Below are positions 1-12,200 of a stretch of DNA of 64,000 nt, one piece after another; the first letter of the stretch is position 1, and the number at the start of each line of letters is the position of its first letter. The position numbers and the translations under genes are program-made. The stretch comes from Chiloscyllium plagiosum (Eukaryota), in assembly GCF_004010195.1 (NCBI RefSeq), contig NC_057728.1:45169419-45233418 (forward strand), written 5' to 3'. Below the pieces are notes generated by a model. It did not search any database. It was given only the letters and a program-made list of their open reading frames with translations, and was not told where the DNA came from.

Positions 1-141
1 GAAAGTTAAAATCCCCTACCATAACTACCCTATTATTCTTACAGATAGCTGAGATCTCCTTACAAGTTTGTTTCTCAATTTCCCTCTGACTATTGGGGGT
101 CTTTAATACAAGCCCAATAAGGTGATCATCCCTTCTTATTT
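1..141 (-). mobile_element. CR1 LINE endonuclease fragment
   Basis: The reverse strand reads ...RPPNSQREIEKQTCKEIS...VVMVGDFNF. Confidence 0.75.
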
Positions 142-149
142 TATAATAT

Positions 150-2940
150 TATCAGCATCACAGAGATGTGGTTGCAGGGGGTTCAGGAGGGGCAGTTAAA
201 CATCCAAGGATTTACAACCTATCGAAAAGTCAGGGAGATGGGCAAAGGGGCAGGGTTGCCTTATTAGTTAAGAATGAAATTAAATCTATGGCACTGAAGG
301 ACAAAGTGTCAGATGAAGTGGAGTCTGTGTGGGTGGAGTTGAGGAACCACAACGGCAAAAAAGCCATAATGGGAGTTACGTACAGACCTCCTAACAGTGG
401 TCAGGACCAGGGGCGCAAGATGCACCAGGAATTAGAAAGGGCATGTCAGAAAGGCAAGGTCATGGTTATCATGGGGGACTTCAATATGCTGGTGGACTGG
501 GTGAATAATGTTGTCGGTGAATCCAAAGAAAGGGAATTCATGAAATGCTTACAGGGTGGCTTTTTGGAACAGCTTGTGATGGAGCCCACAAGGGAGCAGG
601 CTATTCTGGACTTAGTACTATGTAATGAGTCAGACTTTATAAAAGATCTTAAAGTAAGGCAACACTTCGGAGGCAGCAATCATAATATGGTAGAGTTCAG
701 GCTGCAGTTTGAAAGAGAGAAGACAAAATTGGATGTAATGGTGTTACAATTAAATAAAGGTAATTACAAGGGCATGAAAGAGGAACTGACAAAAATCGAC
801 TAGAAGCAGAGCAGGAAAGGCAGTAGAGCAACAATGGCAGGAGTTTCTGGGTGTAATTGAGGACACAATACAGAGGTTCATCCCAAAGAAAAGAAAGATT
901 ATCTGTGGGGGAGTGGATTAGACAGCCATGGCTCACAAAGGAAATTGGGAAATGTATCAAAGAAAAAGAGAGAGCCTATAAAGTGGCCAGGAGCACTGGG
1001 AAATCAGAAGATTGGGAAGATGACAAAAACAGAGGATAACAAAAAGAGAAATAAGGAAAGAGAGGATCAAATATGACGGTAGGCTAACCAGTAATATTAG
1101 AAATGATAGCAAAAGTTTATTCCAATACATAAGAAACAAACGAGAAGCAAAAGTAGACATTGGGCTGCTCCAAATTAATACAGAAAAGCTAGTACTGGGA
1201 GATAAGGAAATAGCTGAAGAACTTGATAAGTACTTTGTGTCAGTCTTCACAGTGGAAGGCATGAGTAATATCCCAACAATTAAGGAGAGTCGGGGGCAAA
1301 GTTGAGTATGGTAGCCATTACAAAAGAGAAAGTGCTAGAAAAGCTAATAGGTCTAAAAATTGATAAATCTCCTGGCCCCAATGGGCTACATCCTAGAGTT
1401 CTGAAGGAGGTGGCTGAGGAAATAGTGGAGACGTTGGGTGTGATCTTTCAAAAGTCACTGGAGTCAGGGAAAGTCCCAGATGATTGGAATATCACTGTTG
1501 TAATCCCCTTGTTCAAGAAAGGATCAAGATAAAAGATGGAAAATTGTAGGCCAATTATCTGAACCTTGGTTGTTCTTAAAATTCAAGAATCCATCGTTAA
1601 GGATGAGATTTCTAAATTCTTGGAAGTGCAGGGTCAGATTAGAACAAGTCAGCATGGATTTAGTAAGGGGAGATCATGCCTGACAAACCTGTTAGAATTC
1701 TTTGAAGAGTTAACAAGTAGGTTAGACCAGGAAAACCCAGTGATGTCATCTATCTAGACTTCCAAATGGCCTTTGATAAGGTGCATCATGGGAGGCTGCT
1801 GAGTAAGGTGAGAGCCCATGGTGTTTGAGGTGAGCTCCTGGCATGGATTAAAGATTGGCTGTCTGACAGAAGGCAGAGAGTTGGGTTAAAAGGTTCTTTT
1901 TCAGAATGACAGCTGGTGACAAGTGGTGTCCCACAGGGTTCAGTGTTGGCACTGCAGCTGTTCACTTTATATATTAATGATGTGGATGAAGGGACTGGGG
2001 GCATTCTGACAAAGATCACCGATGGTACAAAGTTAGGTGGACAGGCAGGTAGTACTGAGGAGGTGGGGAGGCTACAGAACAATTTAGACAGTTTAGGAGA
2101 GTGGTCCCGGAAATGGATAATGAAATTCAATGTGAGCAAGTGCGAGGTCTTGCACTTTGGAAAAAATAATACAGGCATGGACTATTTTCTAAATGGTGAG
2201 AAAATTCATAAAACCAAAGTGCAAAGGGATCTGGGAGTGCTAGTCCAGGATTCTCTAAAGGTTAACTTGCAGGTTGAGTCCGTGATTAAGAATGCAAATG
2301 TAATGTTATCATATATCTCAAGAGGGTTGGAATATTAAAGCAGTGATGTGCTTCTGAGACTTTATAAAGCTCTACTTAGGCCCAATTTAGAATACTGCGT
2401 CCAATTTTGGGCCCGACACCTCAGGAAGGACATACTGGCACTGGAGCATGTCCAGCGGAAATTCACATGGATGATATCTGGAATGGTAGGCCTAACATAC
2501 GATGAACGGCTGAGGATCCTGGGATTGTATTCATTAGAGTTTAGAAAGTTGAGGGGAGATTAATAGAAACTTACAAGATAACGCATGGCTTAGAAAGTGT
2601 GGATGCTGGGAAGTTGTTCCGTTAGGCGAGGAGACTAAGACCTGTTCTAAGATAGCCATAGAATTAGAGGGGGTCAATTTAGAATGGAAATGAGGAGACA
2701 TTTCTTCAGCCAGAGAGTGGTGGGCCTATGGAATTCATTGCTATGGAGCGCAGTGGAGGCTCGGTCATTAAATGTCTTCAAGGCAGAGATTGGTAAAGTC
2801 TTGATCTCGCAAGGAATTAAGGGCTACGGGCAGAGTGCAGGTATGTGGAATTGATATGCCCATCAGCCATAATTAAATGGTGGAGTGGACTCAATGGGCC
2901 GAATGGCCTTACTTCCACTCCTATGTCTTGTGGTCTTATG
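150..2940 (+). mobile_element. CR1 LINE, near-complete ORF2 (APE endonuclease + RT), frameshifted, with 3' tail
   Basis: ORFs 168-803 (YRPPN, MGDFN, LDLVL), 1302-1532 (KSPGPNG), 1566-1757 (QHGF..GRSCLTNL), 1916-2338 (SGVPQGSVL) and 2348-2563; tail cctatgtcttgtggtcttatg. Confidence 0.92.
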
Positions 2941-2953
2941 GATATTAATGATA

Positions 2954-3016
2954 AGTCCCAATATGTTGATAGTTGGGGGATTCAGTCCCAATATGTTGAT
3001 AGTTGGGGGATTCAGT
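2954..3016. repeat. Perfect tandem duplication of a 30-bp unit (AGTCCCAATATGTTGATAGTTGGGGGATTC x2)
   Basis: Seen directly. Confidence 0.85.
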
Positions 3017-4411
3017 GATGGTAACACCATTGAATGTCAAGATTTCTTGTGACTACAAGAAACATTAAAATTCTGATTTTAAATTAGCTCAGTTCTCTGT
3101 TGTCTTCTGTTGAGAATACTTACTAAAAACAAACAGCAGTTGTGGCATGCTGTCTTTATCTTTTGAATGAAGAGAAGTTAAGGATGAAAAGTACAGAAAA
3201 ATGTTTATTGCTCATAGAACTTCCTAAAATCAACCTATTTCATTTCTTTTATATCAGAGCATCTGAAATGCTTCACAGGAACTGGTGTATTAGCATGCAA
3301 GCTATAAAATTAGTGTGATCTTATTTATAAATGAATGCCATTTTCATTTTAATATTTACAAGACACTAATATATTATGTTGCATAGCAAGAGGAAACTTT
3401 TCCAGGAAATTAAAAGTAATTTGACATTTCAAAAAATGGAAGGCACGTATTGTTGATTAATGATAAATTGGCCTGTACACGTTTCATCACAAAATATTAC
3501 CAACATTGCACGACAAAGTACATCAGCTAATGAATCGAGATATTCAAAGATGGCGTGTGCTATACATTGTTGGTTTTGATTGTTGAATTGCAAATTAACC
3601 TGCACAATTTCAATATTACAGTTTATAAAATTTTTCAGAAGTTTAGAGATCACTTTACATATTATATATCATCAGCCAACAGAGACATTTCCATATAAAA
3701 CTGTCATAACTGCGCAATTTTTCAATATTCAGATGTTGAAACGTTGTGGCTGTTCTAAAAGATTAGAAGTACTTGTCTATTGAATGTAAATTCTTCTAAA
3801 TGTATATTAATGCTATCACAGCTTAATCCTTTTGAAAAGAATAAGCAAATAATTTTACTTTTCGCAACAAGAATTTCAGAAACTGAGGGTGGAATCCGCC
3901 CAGCCCTTGAAGGAAACAGTGGCGAGTCAGTTAGTAGGATATTACAAGATAAGAGAAATGAAGTTCCTGACGTTGAGAACACAAAGTCTGATTTTTCAGC
4001 CAAGGTTTAAAAACAAGACAAGAGTCTAGCCAGTGAGCAATGAGAGACCCATTTGCATGCATTAATATCTCATTATTACCTAGTCTCAACTCATTTGTAT
4101 TCATGCTGTTATTTTCCCATTGCATTCAAGAGAAACGAGACGACGATAATTCCTGACACGGAAGTCTGAGCAGGCAACCAGTGGCTGCAAATTGTCAGAC
4201 ATCAACCTTGGCCAGCGTTCCACACCATCTCAGAGCACACTCTTTGGGCAGTGACTGCATTTACCCTTTATCCATGGAGATTGGCATCAGCAAAGGAGCA
4301 ACATTATCACATCATTAGGTCACATTTTGGACTGGCATTTAATACAGTTCAGCAATGCAACACTGCATCGTGGAGCTCACTGACACCTAACATTGCAATT
4401 CTGTATTGATC

Positions 4412-5291
4412 TCGACAAGAGCCCCCAGTTTGTTATAGACCAGAATAAATCCCCTTAAAATTATGTTAAGATGATAGTCGAGACCTTAACTTTTTCTTAT
4501 TGTAAAGGTAAGTGTAAGGCATTGCTTTCCAGATGCAATTCGATTTGTCAAACTATCGATGAAGCAAAACACACTTTATTTTAAACTGTAGTTAAAACAC
4601 CGATAAAATAAAAATAAAAGAAAGAAATTAACTTAACTGTAACTCTAACAAAATGCTTAATAAAATAATAGATATATTAACTATTACTAATTTACTGTTC
4701 CAATAAAGTACGATCGCATAAACACAATTGGCAAAGACAAACTCAGTAAAGTAGATTGTCTCACATGGAATTCTGTTGAAACTTTATTGCTGGAACAGCA
4801 CAGCAGGTCAGGCAGCATCCAGGGAACAGGAGATTCGACGTTTTGGGCACAGGCCCTTCTTCAGGAAGGGCCTGTGCCCGAAACGTCGAATCTCCTGTTC
4901 CCTGGATGCTGCCTGACCTGCTGTGCTGTTCCAGCAATAAAGTTTCAACTTTGATCTCCAGCATCTGCAGACCTCACTTTCTCCTCACATGGAATTCTAG
5001 CATCAAAAAGAGAACCCCAGCTTTTAGCTGTAACAGAGAGAGTAATAAGAATTTCTACATCCAGCTTCAAATTCCCAGAAATTGCATAAATCTAAAACAA
5101 AAAATTCTGGTCCTGTGGGAGCATGACCCCACCCATTCAGGCTGCTTCTATTGTTCTAACTTTAAAAAAGGCCTCACAAGCTGTTTCATTTATTGGCTTT
5201 GGAGCAGACTGCCCGGCACCACGGTCTCAATCTTTCTTCTTAAAAAACAAACAGTACAAAATACACCACGTGAAACCATAGTATCGTCACA
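4412..5291 (-). mobile_element. Gypsy (Gmr1-like) 5' LTR (4431-5291) plus PBS, internal region lost; interrupted by a Penelope-derived hairpin
   Basis: Inverted homolog of the LTR at 30523-31150; TG...CA ends; followed on the minus strand by a tRNA-Pro-like PBS TGGGGGCTC. Confidence 0.75.
4775..4983. mobile_element. Short Penelope-derived fold-back element (85-bp inverted arms) with 15-bp TSD
   Basis: Arms 4775-4859 and 4865-4949 with one mismatch; TSD CTCACATGGAATTCT at 4760-4774 and 4984-4998; same sequence as the Penelope terminal repeat. Confidence 0.85.
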
Positions 5292-5299
5292 GGTATAGA

Positions 5300-5712
5300 G
5301 CCAAAATTGAAATGTGGTCTGACCAGAGCCTATTATAGCCTCAACAGGACATCATTGCTCTTGTATTCTAGGTCTCTCAAAATAAATCCTAACTGCCAAA
5401 TTAACCTGAATGTTAACCTTAAGTAAATCCTGAACTAGGACTCCTCAGTCCCTTTGTGATACAGATTTCTGAATCCCTTCTCCCATTTACAAAATAGTCT
5501 ACACACCCATTCTTCCTACCAAAGGGTATAACTTCACACTTTCCCACATTGTATTCCAACTGTCACTTCTTTGTCCACTCTCCCAGCTTGTCCAAGTCCT
5601 TTTGCAGCCTCCTCACTTTTTCACCACCATCTGTCCCTCCATCTATCTCTGTGTCATCTGCAAACTTAGCTACAATGCCCTGAATTCCTTTGTCCAGACT
5701 GTTAATGTACAA
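5300..5712 (-). mobile_element. CR1 RT fragment
   Basis: Reverse-strand similarity to the CR1 RT C-terminal region (KFADDT, KCEV) seen at 1.9-2.4 kb. Confidence 0.7.
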
Positions 5713-6015
5713 GGTCACCTAACACCTTTATCTTTTCAGAGTGCAAATTGTTCAGAGAACTTCAATGTGGAAAATTAATTCATATGGAACTGTGCAAAAT
5801 ATCTTAAAATTTAAAAGATGATTTGACAAAATACTTCTGCAAGCTTCATGTACATCATTTCATTAGGTTCTACAATAGAATTTGGAAGAATTCTGAAAAT
5901 TGTTGCCATTGTTGTTAACTATTTAACCTTCTATTCAATTATATCATAGGATTAATTAGGGGTCAATATCCTTAGAAGAGGTGCATTAAATCCAAAGCAT
6001 CCAATAAAACAATGC

Positions 6016-6021
6016 TTTATT
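6016..6021 (-). terminator. Candidate polyadenylation signal AATAAA for TSPAN19
   Basis: TTTATT on the + strand about 130 nt downstream of the stop codon. Confidence 0.5.
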
Positions 6022-6150
6022 TCTAAAACAAATTGTTGCATTCATAATTCTTCAAGCTAAACAAGACATTAGAATTGATTTCTGATTGGAAGATGCATTT
6101 GTTTCATGTTAACAGATGAAACAAATGATATTTTTCAGATAGTTCTCTTT

Positions 6151-6213
6151 TCAATAATTCTCTTTTTTCTTTATCGATTTGAACAGATACACAGCCATGA
6201 TGAACTGCAATAC
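6151..6213 (-). CDS. TSPAN19: TSPAN19 last coding exon (VLQFIMAVYLFKSIKKKENY*)
   Basis: tttctctcctcctag| acceptor; TGA at 6153-6151. Confidence 0.88.
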   Translation of the reverse strand, partial: VLQFIMAVYLFKSIKKKENY

Positions 6214-9200
6214 CTAGGAGGAGAGAAACAGTTAAACAATTGTGAATCATATACTAGGTTTAACTCATTGAAATGGCAAATGATTACCAGAGATGTCAAC
6301 CGGTTTAACAGAAGTGTTCATCCGTTTGAAATAAAGACAACACGAGTTAAAGTAGCTAAAAGGTGAAAACATTCAAATGCATCAGTTTTATCAGCTATTA
6401 TCAGTAACAGTCAGTTCTTGGCTCCAGCCAGTTTGAAGTTCCCCTTGTTATATGCTAATTTGTGCACTGACTGGATTAGTACTTGCCTTAAGTCCTCTAT
6501 GTTAAATAGGAACTGAAACATATGAGAGACTGGCCTTTAGGTTAAACAGATGGCACAACAGGGTCCTCTAACATCTTGCTCTCACAGCACAACACTGTCC
6601 TCTCCACCCCGAAACTACCAAGATCCCCAGAGAGCCATTGGACAATTTAAATCAACTCCCATACCATGAGATCCTTCTCTTAGCAAGGGCAGATATTGAC
6701 AATGACACTCAACAATGTTGCCAGTGTGTCAGTACAATCTTTGGCTATCTGCTAAGAAGAATGTTTAATACAAAGACTTCAAACCTGACACCAAGTTCAT
6801 GGTCTACCTGTGTTACCTGTCTTCTTGAATGTATCATAAACATGGACAACATATAGCAGAGATCTCAGATTCTTTGAGAATTATCATTAATGATACCTCT
6901 GTAAAGAGTCATCTAGACTCGAAATGTTAGCTTACTTTTCCTCGATGGATGCTGCCTGACCAACTGTGATTTCCAGCACTTTTTGTTTTCATCCCTGTGT
7001 TAGCCATTGTCCATGTGCCTGACACAATTCCAGAACTAGCTCTGTATTATGACTTTGTAAGTGGTTATCTGAAGGACAGAGAAAACATTTCAAGGATATC
7101 CTCCTTCAAAAGATGTAATATCTCTATTGACTCATGGAAGCCCAAATTGGAAAAGAAGCATCCATAAAGGTGCCAACCATCTTGGGTGTGTTTGACAGGT
7201 CCTGATGGAAGTCAAGTGCAAACAGCAGAAAGAGTGTGTGAAAAGTTGAGAATCCCAACCGCTCACTTCAACAAATATCACTTGCCCTACCTGTAGCAGA
7301 TTATGCGGATCCTGCATTTGAATATTTTGTCACCTCAGGGCTCTTAGCACCAGGATGAAAGAAAATCATCCTTAGTTGCAAGGACTGCCTGAAACATGAC
7401 AACATTCCATTGGGATGGATGGTGATCTCCTTCTTTATTGTTGGGCTGGAAATTTTATTTTCAGCAATTCCTATGAAAAGCACTAGTGGAGGGAAAGTCA
7501 TGGGAGGAAAGCACTGGCTATCAGAAATTACCCCAGCACAGTCACACGCCAGCTAATTTATCTCTCCATAGGCATTAGAGGCTGAGAGAGGAACACATTA
7601 GATAAAACAAGTGCAGTCCCAGAATATATATTTATAATGTGCATGCTTATGCTTTAATGTAACTTGACCTGAGAATCTTTCATAAAGCATTTAAAGTATT
7701 TTAACAAGTAATCAAACACAGATGGATCATAGATTTTTGTTTCTATTGTACATTCTAGCCCGTTTTAACTCAAATTAAATGAGATCAATTCTCACTTAAC
7801 ATAATTTTCCAAGATAAAATTATATTTTTGTTCATCAATTATGTAGAACAGAATGGTTGTGGTCATTGTATACTGGGTGACCTAATGGCATTGAAAGATT
7901 TTCTGGAGTTGGAATTTCAAGGTAAATTGTTCCTTTCAATGGCTACAGTTAATTATTACAGTAGCTATAGAAACATGGGTGTGGATTTTTATAGGCCCTG
8001 GGAGCAGGTTGGTGTGCAGTGGGCCAGTAAAACAACATGAATGTCATGCTTGCTGCTTACTCGCCTGTCCTCCTTTTGTTCTACCATCGGTTATGGAAGC
8101 ATTGGGCAGTTTGGTTGACTGTGGGCTAATTGAGGTCTACATGTGGCCACCTCCCACTGCCACTGAGATATAAACAACAATAGGGAGGCTTACACCAAGC
8201 AACCAACGTGGCAGATATCACATCATAGGCTGGTCAGATACAGCAGAAATGCCTTGCCCCATTGAGCTCTCCCCATTAGATTGCCACCCTGCCAGTCTAA
8301 CCTAACATTGGCGCCAATCTCCTTGCCTCCCTCACAAGAATCTTCAATTTGGCCACACCCTACACCCCAATTACCTTTCATTCTGCCTTGGCATCCTTGG
8401 TTTTTGGGACAGAATTTGGCAACAACAGTGACTATAGCTTCTGACTGCATTGCGAGGATCTGAGAGATACTCGACTGAGGACCTGGATGGAAATGGAAGT
8501 TCTATCTTAAATCAGTTAGCACCCCTCCAAATGATAAATGCTTGCAGAATGAGTGAACTCTCCCTCAACATTTTAGAAAGAGTTTGGGGAGCCCAGCACT
8601 TCATTAAATCCAGCCCACAGCAAATATATGCTATTAAAGCTATATGAAGAACTTAGCACTCTGTTCATGACTGCCAATTTTTAAAACAAAAAATAACACT
8701 GATAAAACTTTGTGGGAAGGTGAGTCGATATACCCATGTACTTCATTATTTTTTGGGATCAGCAAACAATGAGTTATAGGCCATTCAGCTCATCTAGTCC
8801 ACACTAGCCCTCTGTGGAGCATCCCATCCCCTAACCTATCCCTGTGACATTAAATTTCTCATGGCCAATCTACCCAATCTACACATCTTTGGACTGTCGA
8901 AGGAAAACCCAAGAGGAAACCCATGCAGACACAGGGAAATATACAAACTCCATACAGACAGTTGTCTAAGGCTGGAATCAAACCCTGGTCCCTGGTGCTA
9001 CTGAGTGAACAGACCTTTTTCTCTTCAACTAAGAATCCACTAGAATCAAATCAAAGAGAGCATAATGCTCCATAACATTTAATTAATTGTCCAATGCACA
9101 TTCACTTCTTCATTGCATCTTCCTCCACACTGTACTATTGTAACATCAAAACCTCAGCAAACAATAGGACCAATCACAGCTGAGACTGGTTTCATGCCAC

Positions 9201-12200
9201 ATCTGGACATGTGTCTGCTGAGTATGGCTGCCAATGGCAATCAGGAATAGGAACTATATCTAATTATTCCCTTCCCTAGCCTCATAATGTTACAGTGAAT
9301 TGAAGTCTCTATTACAACCTTATCTAACTAGGCATAGACATGCCATCGAAATGTGAGGCAATATTAGTTTCTAAGAACATGTTAATATGGCTCTGATCCA
9401 ATTTATCGCCTTGTAATGCAGTGATAGTTTTGATCTTAAAATATTCCACTTCAAAGCGAGATTAAAATGTCTATTGCTGCACACAAGCACAGACACTCCT
9501 TCAATACTTGTACTGAGATTGTCAGAGCAGACCCAAAAAAGGTTATTCACAATTATTTTGAGTTATTGACTTGAAGTGAGTGTTTAGTTATTTAACATTT
9601 AAACTATTACCAAAAATAAGGGCAATTGGGAATTGTATGGCCAAAAGAAGATTTGGTCTTTTTAGCCCATGTCATGAGTAATCCGTTCACTGACCAATAT
9701 GATCATTTTTAAGTTTTACTAGTATTAACTTATCTACAGGTCCAAATGTTTGGATGCAAACTTATTTAATTTACCTGTATTAGGAGGAGAACAGCAGCAG
9801 CTACAAGAACTGTTGAGATGTTGCTATTGAGCCATTGTTTTATTTGTGTTCTGCAGCCCTATAAGGCAAGTTGTGTAAACGGTCATGCTATATACTGAAA
9901 GGATTTTACAGGCAACCTCAATTATCTGAACGACATAGGTGGGGAATATTTTGTTCAGATAATCGAATGGCTGGATAATCAAATGTTTGGATAACACAAT
10001 TTACCCAAGCATCAGGACATTGAGATCTTGTTTGGATAATCCGAAATATGCATAATCATTGTTCGGATAATCAAGGTTGTCCTGTATATACATTTATAAC
10101 TTCAAATAACTATAAAACAGCAATTAGGAAAATACAATCATCATCTAATATACACGAACCAAAATGTTACATATTTGTCATTTTTTGATTGACTTTCTTC
10201 AAGTTTCACATGTTGGCTCCCAAGATTTGGGAACAAACATGGGTTAAGAATCTCCCTATAATAAGGAACATCAGAAATTTTATGCCCCTGCTTAGCCTCC
10301 ATCCATTTCCTCCTCTAAACTAAAACCCAAGAAAATATTTCTTAAACAAGGCTGGCCTGACTCCACCTGTTGGCCAGTTAATTTTGATTTAATTTTAAGC
10401 CAACTCAACATCTGAAATTTGACTTCTAGTTGTTACAAAAAATGGTAGTGCTGACATGAGAATTCAGAAGATCTGAGCTAAATAACAATGGATCCAAGAG
10501 GAAGCTTTGTTGCCAAAGCTTTATTTACATTTCAAATTTTGTCATAATTTGGAACATCCCCTCTGCACCTCTTGTCATGTTCACATCGAGTGATAAAGGA
10601 AGGATGACATCACATCATAAATTAAATCTGAATGAAGAATTAATCTTCAAATAGCTTGAATGAAAAATGAAATATTAATGCAAAAGCAACATCAAAACTG
10701 TATGAGCTGCATTATACAGAGCATTGCCATGGTGTAACATTCTCAAGATAATTTAATAGTAACTTAATTTCCAACAGCAGTGTTTTTAAGAGGAGGTTAT
10801 TTTTTGCTAGTTCTAGTCCTTGAGATACAGATTTTCTTTTAAAAATTAAGAATTGGATTTTCCATTTTTCTGCCAGTGGGCTTAACAGGAAGATCCAATG
10901 GGATGTTTGCCAGTTGCCTACCTATCTGCTCCTGCCCCTGGTGCTCCTCCTGCCCCCATCACATGATGCAAGTAGCATTACTTCAAATGCTACCAGCTAA
11001 TAGTCCTATTCATGGATGCTAAATACTGAATAGTTGAAGGTTATGTATTAAAAAGGTTTTGGATATTGATTAGTTAATTAGACTTGTTTAAAAATAAAAT
11101 TTATTTTTATAAAATATTTCAATCTTTTTTGTAACTAAACAAATTTGGCTTCATAAAAAGACTACTAAGACCTGTGTTCTTTTCATATATAACACATTAT
11201 CCCGAAAGAACTGTCTTCTTTTAACCTGATGTGTTTTGGTCAAATCTAGTTTACTAAAAAGTATACTTAAATGTGTACATAAAGAATAGCCAGTCCAGCA
11301 CTGGGAAATCATTTAGAGTGGAGATGTAAGTTCTATGGAAAGCAACAAGCAGACTCCACCAAAGCATTTGGGTCTTGTTGTATTCTTCAAACATAGGCTT
11401 GGAGGTCTGCTCACACTTAAGGACTTCATCTTGCCAGAATTTAACCAATGGCAGGAGTGGCCTCAGCAAGAAAGGATGGAGCCCAACAGATCTTCCTATG
11501 CAGTTTGGTTTCATCTGGGTGATCCTATTTTACCAAACCGCGTGAGCCCATCGGATAGCCCTTCACCCATTTCCCTCCACAACCCTTACTAGGGCCTATC
11601 AGCTTGCTACCTGGGGGATCCCAGACTCATGTATCATTCCCAATCAATGCGGCTTATCTCCTCTCGCCCTAAATGCATTATGAGCAGTGGCGACGGTCTC
11701 TATGAGTGCTGCCAATGCTAGGAGGCTTTTAATTGTCTGGTAGCTCTCTGGAATGGGTATTTTTATCTCTGAAGGCTGGTTTCCAATCTGTTGATGGCTA
11801 ATAAGCCTCACTATTGCCACCTGCTGGTGAACATCCTGGAGAGCTGCCCAGCTCTCTGCTCAGTGACCCCTACCACTGTCACCAGCTGCTGCTGGAGGAC
11901 CCTTTACACTTGTTAAAAAACATATTTATTTGCCTGTGTGGTAAATCAGAAACAGTTGGTTCTGCTATAATGTGTGTTTCTTCAAAATAAATTGGCCTTA
12001 ACGCGATTGAAGAATTTAGACCGTTATTTGCAGAATGCGAACTTTCCTTACCTGTATTGGCTATTATGCAACTCTGGCCCCATTAGCTTAAATGGTGCAG
12101 CTATTGTACGATTTTCTTAAAATGTGAGTTTGTATCACCTTATATCGGAACTGGCTGTATGCAATACTTATTGTCTTTGTGGATGCATTCATTGAGCTTT

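Noticed and set aside
168..2563. Long ORFs as a host gene or active LINE
   Set aside because: They are fragments of one CR1 ORF2 broken by stops and frameshifts.
6151..6175. C-terminal KKKENY as a dilysine ER-retrieval signal
   Set aside because: The lysines are at -4 to -6; the motif needs a lysine at -3.
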